From contig JBGAWK010000004.1 in assembly GCA_044227665.1 (NCBI GenBank), positions 10,901 to 74,900 of the forward strand: 64,000 nt of DNA, written 5' to 3'. Positions 9,609 to 19,362 of the stretch are shown in pieces. The DNA comes from Chitinophagales bacterium. Its GTDB lineage: Bacteria; Bacteroidota; Bacteroidia; Chitinophagales; JADIYW01. The first letter of the stretch is position 1. Each line of letters starts with the position of its first letter. A model generated the notes under the pieces. It was not told the DNA's origin, did no database searches, and saw only the letters and a program-made list of their open reading frames with translations. A program made the translations under genes and the position numbers.

Positions 9609-10841
9609 TTAAGATAGTTCAATTAGGGTAATCTCTGGCGGCATACCCCATCTTCCCGGATAACCGATAAACCCCAATCCTCTATTTACATATAAATGCT
9701 GCCCATTGGACATGTAATGTCCTGCCCAATGTGGATATATCAGTTTTGATGGACTCCACTTTATCCATCCCGGCACTTCAACACCCATTTGGAATCCATG
9801 TGTATGTCCACTCAATGTCAAATCTATAAAGTGATACTTGTCTTCTTTGGAAACTTCGGCATCCCAATGTGAAGGGTCATGAGACAATAAAATTGTAGCA
9901 TCCGATTTTGGCATACCCTCAATTGCTTTTTGCAAGTCGCCAAATTTTCCAAAAGATAGAGATTTTCCCCAATATTGAATACCTATCATCGCCAAGCTGG
10001 CATTGCCACATTTCAATATCCTGTGTTCATCCAGCAGCAAGTCCCACCCCATTTTTTTATGGGTATCTATGAGATTTCTGAAATTGTCGGCTTTTTGCTG
10101 CAAGCTTTCCCACTCTAAGTAATCGCCATAGTCGTGATTTCCCAGGATAGAAAATTTTCCATATTTTGCTTGCAAGAGATAAAATATGTCTATAAATTCA
10201 CGTGCCTCTTTAGCCTGCTCATTCACCATATCTCCAGTAAATACTATTATATCGGCATTCAAGTCATTTATCATCTTTATGACTTTCTCCATAGGTCGAG
10301 TATTTACAAAACTTCCCAAATGCAAGTCGGATATTTGTACTATACGCAACCCTTTCAGATCGGGGTGCAAGTTGTTGATTTTTATTCCCACCCTTCGTAC
10401 CGTATAATTATAGGCACCGCGTACCATCCCATATATCATTCCCCCAAGCCAAAAACCTCCTATGACAAGTGCCGTTTTATGTAAAAACATCTTTCTTGAA
10501 ATATTATTAGTAGATTCAGAAGGCTTGGACAATAGTGAGAAAAACCACTGAAAAATTTTGAACACATCGCCTATCAGTAAAAATACCACTAAAGTAAATT
10601 TGAATGAAAGCCAGCTGATGCCTAATCCTTGTAAAGGAAGCCTAAGATATACCGGCACATTCTCTCTGCCCATAATAAGGTAAGCTAAAAAAGTAAGATA
10701 AGTAACTACATTAAAAGCCCAATATAGGTATCGCAAAAACAGCCATTTTGACGAAGTATCAAATACTATCTTTATAGTTTGATAGGCATATAAATCTATC
10801 AGCACAATTATGATCAGCGGAATAAATATCCAATAACTCAC
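9609..10841 (-). CDS. Membrane-anchored metallophosphoesterase
   Basis: DLH, GD, GNHD, SHDP and GHTHG calcineurin-like motifs; N-terminal TM helices. Confidence 0.9.
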   Translation of the reverse strand: MSYWIFIPLIIIVLIDLYAYQTIKIVFDTSSKWLFLRYLYWAFNVVTYLTFLAYLIMGRENVPVYLRLPLQGLGISWLSFKFTLVVFLLIGDVFKIFQWFFSLLSKPSESTNNISRKMFLHKTALVIGGFWLGGMIYGMVRGAYNYTVRRVGIKINNLHPDLKGLRIVQISDLHLGSFVNTRPMEKVIKMINDLNADIIVFTGDMVNEQAKEAREFIDIFYLLQAKYGKFSILGNHDYGDYLEWESLQQKADNFRNLIDTHKKMGWDLLLDEHRILKCGNASLAMIGIQYWGKSLSFGKFGDLQKAIEGMPKSDATILLSHDPSHWDAEVSKEDKYHFIDLTLSGHTHGFQMGVEVPGWIKWSPSKLIYPHWAGHYMSNGQHLYVNRGLGFIGYPGRWGMPPEITLIELS

Positions 10842-11845
10842 GATAGATTGATTAAGAAACTCATAATATCTACATCATCAGGATACTGCCATAATGATGG
10901 TGCCTGACTTTCTCCAAAGCCTATCGTATAAGGCGTGTATTTTTGTGCCGATACTATACACTGCAAATTATTCCTATTCATCTCCACTTTTGATATTACC
11001 TCTCTAACGTCCTTGTAATATGAAAAGTTCACATCAGAGATGGCACTCATCCAACTTTCATTTTCAGAAAGATTTATAAAATCTATAGCAATAAGTGGTA
11101 TTAGGTTCATGAGTTTTAATGTCCTGTAATAGTCCAAATTGCTTTTATAGCGATAATGGTCAATAAAATAACTATACTTCTCTAAAGCAACTATCAATGG
11201 ATAAAAATTATATCCTTCCGGAACATATAGATGTGTCACATTGCGACATCCCATGCCAAAATACATACATATATCATCCACTAAAGCATTCAGCATCTCT
11301 CCCGTCTCATTACCGCTAAGGACGGCTACAGAATTTCTGTTTTTCCTGATAATATTTGGATATTTTGCGAAGTAATACTCAAAATATCTCGAAGTATTAT
11401 TGCTACCAGTAGCGATAATGGCATCTACATCCTTGAGTTGCTCCGAAATTTCTATACGCTCACTCCAGCAATTATCCATCTTAATCAAGGAATCCAAGAC
11501 ATACCTTGTGAGTACACTGTCTTTTTCCGAAATTTTTATCTTCAGCTTATGACCACTTAGCAGCACACACATGATATCCTGAAAGCATACCAATGGGATA
11601 TTTCCAGCAGCTATTACGCCTATCTTTTTGCTTTCCTTGACCCTGCTAACAGGGTAATCACCTAGCCATAGTTCTAATTTTTTTTTATCTAGATAATGGA
11701 ACCCGATACTTTGGAGGGCATTATTAACAAAGGGGGGAATAAACCAAGGATTATATCTTTCTATCTTCGATAAAAATTCATTATCAAGGAATAAATAATT
11801 TCTTAATTCAACAAACGCATCAATTCTTTGTTGCAACAACATCAC
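10838..11845 (-). CDS. Acyl-CoA reductase (LuxC-like)
   Basis: AGNIPLV, IATGSNN, YFGMGCRNV; divergent from a ferredoxin as usual in Bacteroidota. Confidence 0.85.
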   Translation of the reverse strand: MMLLQQRIDAFVELRNYLFLDNEFLSKIERYNPWFIPPFVNNALQSIGFHYLDKKKLELWLGDYPVSRVKESKKIGVIAAGNIPLVCFQDIMCVLLSGHKLKIKISEKDSVLTRYVLDSLIKMDNCWSERIEISEQLKDVDAIIATGSNNTSRYFEYYFAKYPNIIRKNRNSVAVLSGNETGEMLNALVDDICMYFGMGCRNVTHLYVPEGYNFYPLIVALEKYSYFIDHYRYKSNLDYYRTLKLMNLIPLIAIDFINLSENESWMSAISDVNFSYYKDVREVISKVEMNRNNLQCIVSAQKYTPYTIGFGESQAPSLWQYPDDVDIMSFLINLS

Positions 11846-11884
11846 CTATATATATTTGTACTCGAAAGCACAAAAGTAATACGA

Positions 11885-12232
11885 ATGGCAATAAAAATTA
11901 CAGAAGAATGTATCAATTGTGGCGCATGTGAGCCAGAATGCCCCAATAATGCTATCTATGAAGGTGGAATAGAATGGTCTATGGCTGATGGTACTACCCT
12001 AAAGGGTGAATATATACTCATGGATGGCAGTTCTGTAGATGTCGCAAAGAAAATAAATCCCGTATCTGACGAATATTACTATATTGTATCTGACAAATGT
12101 ACTGAATGTACTGGCTTTCATGAAGAACCGCAATGTGCAGCAGTATGTCCTGTAGATTGCTGCGTTCCTGACCCTGATATAGTAGAAACGGAAGACGAGC
12201 TCCTTGCCAAAAAGGAAAAACTCCACTTATAA
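11885..12232 (+). CDS. 2[4Fe-4S] ferredoxin (YfhL-like)
   Basis: CINCGACEPECP and CTECTGFHEEPQCAAVCPVDCC; ATG 11885 follows TATATTTG. Confidence 0.92.
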   Translation: MAIKITEECINCGACEPECPNNAIYEGGIEWSMADGTTLKGEYILMDGSSVDVAKKINPVSDEYYYIVSDKCTECTGFHEEPQCAAVCPVDCCVPDPDIVETEDELLAKKEKLHL

Positions 12233-12946
12233 AAGTATATAAAGACCTATTGCTGCTCCTAATTGCGTAGTAAGATTATCCCAACCATGAGGGCTAATTA
12301 TTTCTATTGCAGCACAAAGTATTCCTACAAAAAGAAATATAGGCGTAAATGCCCATAGTCCTGAAATAAAATAATGCGCTAATACTAGAGCAAGTATGTT
12401 ACAAACAATCACACCTGCCGTACCCTGTACTGTTCTGTGCGTGTTTCCTATAGGAAGAGTTCCCCATTTTACACCTATAGGCTCTCCCACAGCATCCCCT
12501 ATACCCGTAAGGAAGTAACCGTAAATGGCAAACATTTTTCCCAAAACAAGATTATTGAATATCCCCCCAAATAGTGTCGCAAAATAGGGCGCAAGAATAT
12601 AATACGAAATATGAGGACTATCCTTTTCCCTACCCAAGGCGCGATAAAGGATAGATTTTTCACCTATTAGAACTGCCGTAAAAACAGTAATCGTTGCAGC
12701 CCACCCCATAATAAAAGTTCCTCCCAATCCATAATGTGCCTGTAAAAGTCCTGCTACTATAAATATGCCAAAATGGTAGATTTTCCTACTGTACCCCGTA
12801 TTCCACTGCCATCCTACTTTCATCTTTCCTGCAAAAAACAGCAGCATAAAAGAATATATCAAGGTCAGTGGAAACAACCAAAGTATCAACGCTAGTGGCG
12901 GAAAATTATCTACAAAAAAGTGATATAAGATTTTTATGTACAACAT
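12227..12946 (-). CDS. Phytol/dolichol kinase-like (CTP transferase family) membrane protein
   Basis: SRKIYH, GDAVGEPIG..WG, RTVQG and DNL motifs; multiple TM helices. Confidence 0.7.
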   Translation of the reverse strand: MLYIKILYHFFVDNFPPLALILWLFPLTLIYSFMLLFFAGKMKVGWQWNTGYSRKIYHFGIFIVAGLLQAHYGLGGTFIMGWAATITVFTAVLIGEKSILYRALGREKDSPHISYYILAPYFATLFGGIFNNLVLGKMFAIYGYFLTGIGDAVGEPIGVKWGTLPIGNTHRTVQGTAGVIVCNILALVLAHYFISGLWAFTPIFLFVGILCAAIEIISPHGWDNLTTQLGAAIGLYILL

Positions 12947-13168
12947 TGTACTACCTTCTACAAATATCCGTCAAAAAACAATATACTTACATACTTATTA
13001 GCTTAAATAAAATTATTTTTCATTAAAAAGTATAAATATTTGATTTAAATAATATTATACTAAATATCTATACTTATACTTTAATATTTTTATTTTCTAT
13101 AATTTTAATAAAAGATAAAAAAACTATCCTAGTGATATAAAAAGAAGATTGTAATTTCACCGAATAAT

Positions 13169-14461
13169 ATGTTTCATAATTACAGGTACACGGACGTAGA
13201 AAGTGCATTGTCCATGATTAAAAGTGGCAATAGAGTATTCGTGCAAGGTGGGGCACAGACACCCCTTTATTTGACAAGAAGTTTAGCAGCATTTGCACCC
13301 ATACTCAAAGATGTAGAAATCGTATTTATTTCCGTACACGGAGATATAGAAATAGATAAACCTCAGTATGAAGGTATTTTCAATATCAACTGCTTATTTA
13401 TCAGTGATAGTGTGCGTACAGCTGTGCGAGAAGGACGCGCAGACTTTGTTCCTGTATTTCTCAGCGACATACCAGATTTGTTCAAACGAGGATATATGCC
13501 ATTAGATGTAGCCTTGGTACAAGTATCTCCGCCCGACAAGCACGGATATTGCTCATTAGGATTAAGCGTAGATGTAGCAAGAAGTGCTGTAAATACTGCC
13601 AAAATTATTATAGCCCAAGTCAACCCCAATGTCCCCCGCACTCACGGAGATAGTCTTATCCATACCGAAAGGTTTACAGCTATGGTATATGCCGAAGAGC
13701 CACTTCCTGAAGTAAATTTCAGTGACCATGTAGGCCCGGAAGAACTCATAATTGGCAACTATATAGCAGAACTAGTTGACGATGGAAGCACCTTACAATT
13801 AGGAATCGGCACAATACCTGATGCAGTACTTCGCTCGCTCACCCATCACAAAAACCTAGGTGTACATACAGAAATGTTTAGTGACGGCATTATTGATTTA
13901 TTTGATAAAGATATCATCAATAATACAATGAAATCAGTACACCCCAATAAGACAGTAACAGGCTTTGCCTTGGGCACACGACGCCTGTATGATTATGTGA
14001 ATGATAATCCAGCATTTATATTTTTGGACATAGACTATGTAAATGACCCTGCCGTGATACGTCGCAATCCTAAAGTCGTAGCTATCAACAGTGCTATAGA
14101 AATAGACATCACAGGTCAGGTATGTGCAGATAGTATCGGAACATCCATGTATAGTGGCATAGGGGGTCAGATGGACTTCATACGAGGAGCGGCACTAAGT
14201 GATGGTGGTAAGCCTATTATTGCACTAACGTCCAGAACCAAAAAAGGTAAAAATAGAATTGTGCCCTATTTACAGCAAGGAGCAGGAGTAGTAACCACAC
14301 GTGGCCACGTTCACTATGTAGTCACAGAATATGGTATTGCACATCTATTTGGCAAAAATCTTCGGCAACGTGCCAAGGCTCTCATAGAAATCGCACACCC
14401 AGAGGACAGAGAGATGTTGGAACGAAGTTGTGTAGAACGCTACAAAAATTTTACTTGCTGA
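13169..14461 (+). CDS. Acetyl-CoA hydrolase / 4-hydroxybutyrate CoA-transferase family
   Basis: LQLGIGTIP, HTEMFSDG, SGIGGQMDFIRGA, VTEYG. Confidence 0.92.
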   Translation: MFHNYRYTDVESALSMIKSGNRVFVQGGAQTPLYLTRSLAAFAPILKDVEIVFISVHGDIEIDKPQYEGIFNINCLFISDSVRTAVREGRADFVPVFLSDIPDLFKRGYMPLDVALVQVSPPDKHGYCSLGLSVDVARSAVNTAKIIIAQVNPNVPRTHGDSLIHTERFTAMVYAEEPLPEVNFSDHVGPEELIIGNYIAELVDDGSTLQLGIGTIPDAVLRSLTHHKNLGVHTEMFSDGIIDLFDKDIINNTMKSVHPNKTVTGFALGTRRLYDYVNDNPAFIFLDIDYVNDPAVIRRNPKVVAINSAIEIDITGQVCADSIGTSMYSGIGGQMDFIRGAALSDGGKPIIALTSRTKKGKNRIVPYLQQGAGVVTTRGHVHYVVTEYGIAHLFGKNLRQRAKALIEIAHPEDREMLERSCVERYKNFTC

Positions 14462-14494
14462 ATACCCATATTTTAACATAATTTATTTTACTTA

Positions 14495-14510
14495 TGTAAC
14501 AAAAGTAACG
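14495..14510 (+). promoter_or_regulatory. Candidate activator site upstream of the rhodanese operon
   Basis: TGTAAC-aaaa-GTAACG imperfect palindrome about 30 nt upstream of a CATATTTG -7-like element (14532-14539). Confidence 0.35.
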
Positions 14511-14555
14511 CACTACGCCTTACCAAGGTCTCATATTTGCACTATCAAACGGCAG

Positions 14556-14771
14556 ATGGAGAAGACCAAGGCTTTTGCAACAAAATATGGACTGACAATC
14601 ATGGGCATCTTCCTCGGTGCGATAGCAGGATATGCCTACTTTTATTTTGTGGGCTGTAGCAGTGGTCACTGCCCTATTACTTCCCGACCTGTAAATAGCA
14701 CACTGTATGGTGCAGTAATGGGTGGTTTGCTATTTAACATTATTCAAGACTATATACATAAAAAATCATGA
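14556..14771 (+). CDS. DUF6132-like small membrane protein
   Basis: GAIAGYAYFYFVGCSSGHCPITS..NSTLYGAVMG pattern. Confidence 0.75.
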   Translation: MEKTKAFATKYGLTIMGIFLGAIAGYAYFYFVGCSSGHCPITSRPVNSTLYGAVMGGLLFNIIQDYIHKKS

Positions 14772-15010
14772 CAATCATTGACGTACGATCAGCAGGAGAA
14801 TTCATGGGCGGACACGTTTCTGGCAGTATCAATATCCCACTTCAGGAGATTCCTGCCCATCTCGAAAAGATTAGAACAATGCCGCCACCGCTTATATTAT
14901 GCTGCGCCAGTGGCAACAGAAGCGGGCAAGCTACCGAATTTTTGATGCAAAAAGGAATAAAGAGTACTAATGGTGGCAGTTGGCTACAAGTAAATGCAAT
15001 GTGTCGTTAA
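14768..15010 (+). CDS. Rhodanese-like sulfurtransferase
   Basis: IIDVR, GHVSGSINIP, active loop CASGNRS. Confidence 0.88.
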   Translation: MTIIDVRSAGEFMGGHVSGSINIPLQEIPAHLEKIRTMPPPLILCCASGNRSGQATEFLMQKGIKSTNGGSWLQVNAMCR

Positions 15011-15021
15011 AAAGTAATATT

Positions 15022-15336
15022 ATGCTAGAAAAAATAAAAAATATGTTAGGATTCAGCCCCAAGGAAGACCTTAAATCTTGGGTAGCTCAAGGAGCTATCA
15101 TCTTAGATGTACGCACAAAAGGTGAATTTCAGGGGGGGCATATCAAAAATGCCGTAAATATTCCATTGCAAGAACTTCCACAGCGACTTAGCAAGCTCAG
15201 CAAGGAAAAACCTATCATCACCTGCTGCGCTTCAGGTATGCGTAGTGCATCAGCGAAAAGTTTACTCCTTTCCAAAGGCTTCTCAAAAGTCTATAACGGT
15301 GGTGGCTGGGCATCTTTGCAAAGGGAATTGAATTAA
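15022..15336 (+). CDS. Rhodanese-like sulfurtransferase
   Basis: ILDVR, GHIKNAVNIP, CASGMRS. Confidence 0.9.
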   Translation: MLEKIKNMLGFSPKEDLKSWVAQGAIILDVRTKGEFQGGHIKNAVNIPLQELPQRLSKLSKEKPIITCCASGMRSASAKSLLLSKGFSKVYNGGGWASLQRELN

Positions 15337-15354
15337 TAATTATATTTGTATAAA

Positions 15355-15591
15355 ATGAAAGAAAGAATACTGAAAGGTTGGACACCCCTGCGTTGGCTAT
15401 ACCTTATTTTAGGCATTTTTATTGTCATTCAGTCAGCTTGGGCGCAAGAATGGGTGGGCGTACTATTTGGCAGTTATTTTGCCGCTATGGGACTTTTTGC
15501 CTTTGGCTGTGCTGCTGGACAGTGTAGTATTCCTATGGGAAATCATAAAATTAATAAAGAAAAAGATATTCAATACACAGAAATACAATAA
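15355..15591 (+). CDS. Small two-TM protein with GCAAGQC motif
   Basis: Two hydrophobic segments and a Cys pair; TATATTTG 6 nt upstream of ATG 15355. Confidence 0.7.
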   Translation: MKERILKGWTPLRWLYLILGIFIVIQSAWAQEWVGVLFGSYFAAMGLFAFGCAAGQCSIPMGNHKINKEKDIQYTEIQ

Positions 15592-15594
15592 CTT

Positions 15595-16311
15595 ATGAGA
15601 AATAATATTTTTATAGCATATACAGTCTTGGCAATTTTCCTTTTAGGCTGCAACAATGGAAACTCACAATCTGGTGGCAATATCAGTGTGGCAGATTTTA
15701 ATAAAAAATTGCAAGAACATCCCGAAATTACCCTTATTGATGTGCGCACTCCCGGAGAATATGAAAAGGGGCATCTTGCCAATGCCATAAACATAGACTG
15801 GAATGCTACTGATTTCTCCGAAAAAATAACTGCTTATGACAAAGAAAAGCCTATCATGCTCTATTGCTTGAGTGGCGGCAGAAGTGGAAGTGCCATGACA
15901 AAACTCAAAGAAATGGGCTACAAAGAAGTATATAATATGGATGGTGGCATCATGAAGTGGAGAGCTGCTAATATGCCGGAAGTAACGGCAAATACTGCGG
16001 CTGCTTCCCAAAGCATGACCTTACTGCAATTTCAAGATGCCTTGAAAACCGACAAAAAAGTATTGGTGGATTACTATGCAGACTGGTGTGCCCCCTGCAA
16101 GAAGATGAAGCCCTATTTGGAAGAGATTAGCAAAGAAATGGCAGACAAAATAGTGGTATTGCGTATCAACGCAGATGAAAACCCTGAGCTGTGTAAGGCT
16201 ATGAAGGTAGAAGCACTCCCTGTATTGCAAATCTATCAGAATGGCAACAAGACTTGGGAAAACCTAGGTTTTTTACCTAAAGAGAAAGTCATAGAGGCTT
16301 TGAGTAAATAA
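15595..16311 (+). CDS. Lipoprotein: rhodanese + thioredoxin fusion
   Basis: Lipobox LLGC; rhodanese CLSGGRS; thioredoxin WCAPC. Confidence 0.9.
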   Translation: MRNNIFIAYTVLAIFLLGCNNGNSQSGGNISVADFNKKLQEHPEITLIDVRTPGEYEKGHLANAINIDWNATDFSEKITAYDKEKPIMLYCLSGGRSGSAMTKLKEMGYKEVYNMDGGIMKWRAANMPEVTANTAAASQSMTLLQFQDALKTDKKVLVDYYADWCAPCKKMKPYLEEISKEMADKIVVLRINADENPELCKAMKVEALPVLQIYQNGNKTWENLGFLPKEKVIEALSK

Positions 16312-16431
16312 TTTGTTTGCTTAAAAATTCAATGTTTTATTTTCAGTTATTGAAACACAAATCAATTTCAACTATTTTCATTAATGAACTTCGTCTATGG
16401 TAATTTTGTTTTATTCATTACCTAGACAAAA

Positions 16432-18624
16432 ATGCTTACATCACCTATCACTACACAAATATTTTCGGTGAGACGCATGAGTTGCGCTTCCTGTGCGACA
16501 CGTGTAGAGCATGTCTTATCTCGACTAGACGGGGTGGAGGAAGCTGTAGTCAATTTTGCAGCGGCAACCGTCAAGGTACGCTATAATCCTAAGCTCGTAC
16601 AGCCTTCCGTATTGAAAGAAGCCTTAGACAAGCAATCCTATATCCTAGACATACAAGACGACAAAGACTTGCTGAAGGCAAAGACTTTGAAGCAACTTAG
16701 AAGATATTGTCTTTTGGCTATTCTTCTGTCCATTCCCATCATGGTATTGGGTATGGCTGCTATGCATGTACGTTACGTAGCTTTTCTCCTTGCCCTGCTC
16801 AGTACACCCATAGTGTTTTTTATAGGCAGAGACTTTCATCAGAGTGCTTGGAGGCAGTTGAAATCTCGGCATCTGGGTATGGATGCTCTTGTATCGCTAA
16901 GTACACTTATAGCCTATACTTATAGTCTTATCCATACTTTTTTTCCAAAATATTGGACTTCTAAAGGCATAGAAACTCATCTGTACTACGAAGCTGCTAC
17001 TATGATTATCACCTTCGTCATTATAGGCAGATATTTAGAAGAAAAAGCAAAAAAACGCACTACCGCAGCCCTACAAAATTTAATAGGACTTCAGGTATCT
17101 AATGCTACACTCGTGGACTACAATGGGGAACAGATAGAAGTTGCTATAGACAAAATCATGAAATACGATACCCTCTTGGTGAGGCCTGGAGAAAAAATAG
17201 CCGTTGACGGCAAAATCATTGAGGGTACTACCTATATAGATGAAAGTATGCTTAGTGGAGAATCTTTACCCTTGTATAAACAAGTGGGCGACAAAGTCTT
17301 CGCCGGCACCATCAACCAGAAGGGCAGCATAAAGTTTCAGGCTTTAGAAGTGGGCGACAATACGGTATTAGCACATATCATCAAGAAGGTAGAAGAGGCT
17401 CAGGGCAGCAAAGCCCCCATACAGCGACTTACTGACCGTATAGCCTCTGTTTTCATACCTATAATCATGGTGGTAGCCTTTACTACCTTTGCTCTTTGGA
17501 ATATTTTTGGCGGAGCAGATGGCTTCTACCTCGGACTATCCTGTAGTATTGCAGTGCTAGTGATAGCCTGTCCCTGTGCCTTGGGTTTGGCTACGCCCAC
17601 TGCAATTAGCGTAGGTATGGGCAGAGCCGCAGAAAAAGGCATCTTATTTAAGGATGCCGAAAGCATGGAACACCTGAGAAAAACTGACACTATAGTCCTA
17701 GACAAGACAGGGACACTTACCAAGGGAACACCACAAGTGAAAGAGTTCTTACAAATAGAGAAAAGCGATATTGCCATGGCAGTATTCAAGAGTTTGGAAC
17801 AGAAGTCTGAACATCCCTTAGCCCAAGCTGTTGTTATTTATCTCCAAGATATTCCTTCAGTAAAAATTAAAGATTACCATACCCATACCGGACAAGGCGT
17901 AACAGGAGTACACTTGCAGACACACTATGCTATCGGTACGATGGCATTTATTAAAGATAGAGGCATCCACATCCCTTCACACGTAGAAAAACAGCTATAC
18001 ACTTGGGAACAACAAGCTCTCACAGTTATCGCTTTTGCAGATGACAAACAATTACTAGCATTGGCAGCCTTACAGGACACCCTTAGGGAAGATGCCGTAG
18101 CTACACTCCAAACTTTGAAAATAAAAAACATTAGGGTCGCCCTTCTTTCAGGAGATAGTGAGGCTGCTGTAGCTGCTATGGCTAAACAGATAGGCATATT
18201 AGATTACCGTTCCCGAATGTTGCCACAAGACAAAGCCTCATACATTGCGGAATTACAACAAAAAGGATATAAAGTACTCATGGTAGGTGACGGTATCAAT
18301 GACAGCCCTGCCTTAGCTCAAGCAGATGTGAGCATGGCTATGGGCAGTGGCACAGACATAGCCATGGAAGTTGCCAATATTACTTTGCTTCATGGTGACT
18401 TACAGAAAATACCTATTGCAATACAGCTATCTCACGATATACAAAAGGTTATTTATCAAAATCTACTATGGGCATTCCTTTACAATGCAGTTAGCATACC
18501 CATAGCTGCCGGCATTCTGTATCCTAGCTTTGGAATTTCATTACATCCTATGTTGGCAGCCGCCGCTATGTCCCTGAGTAGTGTATCCGTAATAACCAAT
18601 AGTCTGAGACTACGTAAGAGGTGA
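16432..18624 (+). CDS. copA: Cu(I)-translocating P1B-type ATPase
   Basis: HMA MSCASC, CPC, DKTGTLT, SEHPLA, GDGIND, YN and MSLSS motifs. Confidence 0.93.
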   Translation: MLTSPITTQIFSVRRMSCASCATRVEHVLSRLDGVEEAVVNFAAATVKVRYNPKLVQPSVLKEALDKQSYILDIQDDKDLLKAKTLKQLRRYCLLAILLSIPIMVLGMAAMHVRYVAFLLALLSTPIVFFIGRDFHQSAWRQLKSRHLGMDALVSLSTLIAYTYSLIHTFFPKYWTSKGIETHLYYEAATMIITFVIIGRYLEEKAKKRTTAALQNLIGLQVSNATLVDYNGEQIEVAIDKIMKYDTLLVRPGEKIAVDGKIIEGTTYIDESMLSGESLPLYKQVGDKVFAGTINQKGSIKFQALEVGDNTVLAHIIKKVEEAQGSKAPIQRLTDRIASVFIPIIMVVAFTTFALWNIFGGADGFYLGLSCSIAVLVIACPCALGLATPTAISVGMGRAAEKGILFKDAESMEHLRKTDTIVLDKTGTLTKGTPQVKEFLQIEKSDIAMAVFKSLEQKSEHPLAQAVVIYLQDIPSVKIKDYHTHTGQGVTGVHLQTHYAIGTMAFIKDRGIHIPSHVEKQLYTWEQQALTVIAFADDKQLLALAALQDTLREDAVATLQTLKIKNIRVALLSGDSEAAVAAMAKQIGILDYRSRMLPQDKASYIAELQQKGYKVLMVGDGINDSPALAQADVSMAMGSGTDIAMEVANITLLHGDLQKIPIAIQLSHDIQKVIYQNLLWAFLYNAVSIPIAAGILYPSFGISLHPMLAAAAMSLSSVSVITNSLRLRKR

Positions 18625-18633
18625 TAGCCTTTC

Positions 18634-19140
18634 CTATCCTTGGATAAGGCTTTGATACCATATCTTCTCCTTATGCGCTGACTGCCAAAGCATAATTTGT
18701 GCAGGTGTAAGTATTGTTTTTACTTGTGCTTCTACGTCATTTTGAATATTTATTACAGCAAAATAATATCCCTGCAACTGCTCTTTATAATTTTCACGAA
18801 TAGCTTTTAGTTGCAACTGTTGCTGCGTTTGAGGCAAGTGCATATCTTTAATACTGTCTATTTGTGTGTGTTGCTGTATAAGCACAGAAGTATATGGGAC
18901 TTCTTCCATTCTGACTTTCTCTATCATCTGACTAAAAATGGGTAAGAGCTGAGATTGCTGCTGTGGGCTAAGTGTCAAAGGCTTTCCTTGTACCTCCACG
19001 ATGACATGAGCCAAAGTTTCAGGCGACAGCAATTGTATCAAATGCTCACCATAAGGCTTGGCATAGCTATTCATAATTAACAACATGCCCAAAAGAATTA
19101 GATTCATTTTTTTCATAAAATTTAGATTCATTTTTTTCAT
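18634..19140 (-). CDS. Secreted helical hypothetical protein (Spy/CpxP-like pattern possible)
   Basis: Signal peptide; Gln-rich helices; LSPQQQ and ILTPAQ motifs. Confidence 0.55.
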   Translation of the reverse strand: MKKMNLNFMKKMNLILLGMLLIMNSYAKPYGEHLIQLLSPETLAHVIVEVQGKPLTLSPQQQSQLLPIFSQMIEKVRMEEVPYTSVLIQQHTQIDSIKDMHLPQTQQQLQLKAIRENYKEQLQGYYFAVINIQNDVEAQVKTILTPAQIMLWQSAHKEKIWYQSLIQG

Positions 19141-19145
19141 AAAAT
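19098..19145. repeat. Exact 24-bp tandem duplication over a start-codon region
   Basis: TTAGATTCATTTTTTTCATAAAAT at 19098-19121 and 19122-19145. Confidence 0.9.
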
Positions 19146-19362
19146 ATTTTTACTCCTTAGACTTAAATAAACGAAAAGGTTTAATGTATATTATTTTCCT
19201 ACTTTAAAGATTAGAGGACCTAGAACCAATACTTCCTACGCATAGAACATCGGGAAGTTTCACATAGAGAATCTTGCAGTTTTCGCTTCTTCTCATTGGC
19301 ACATAATTTCAATGCTACATTCGCACATTGTCTCAAGTAAAAATTATTCTTACCTTTGAAAC

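Noticed and set aside
10838-11845. Bioluminescence (lux) operon
   Set aside because: LuxC-like gene only; no luxA, luxB, luxD or luxE adjacent; a common Bacteroidota gene
19200-19340. Possible ncRNA or riboswitch upstream of the ald-like gene
   Set aside because: Only a weak hairpin (ACTTCC/GGAAGT, 19231-19258); it lies upstream of the ald promoter and matches no motif I recognise
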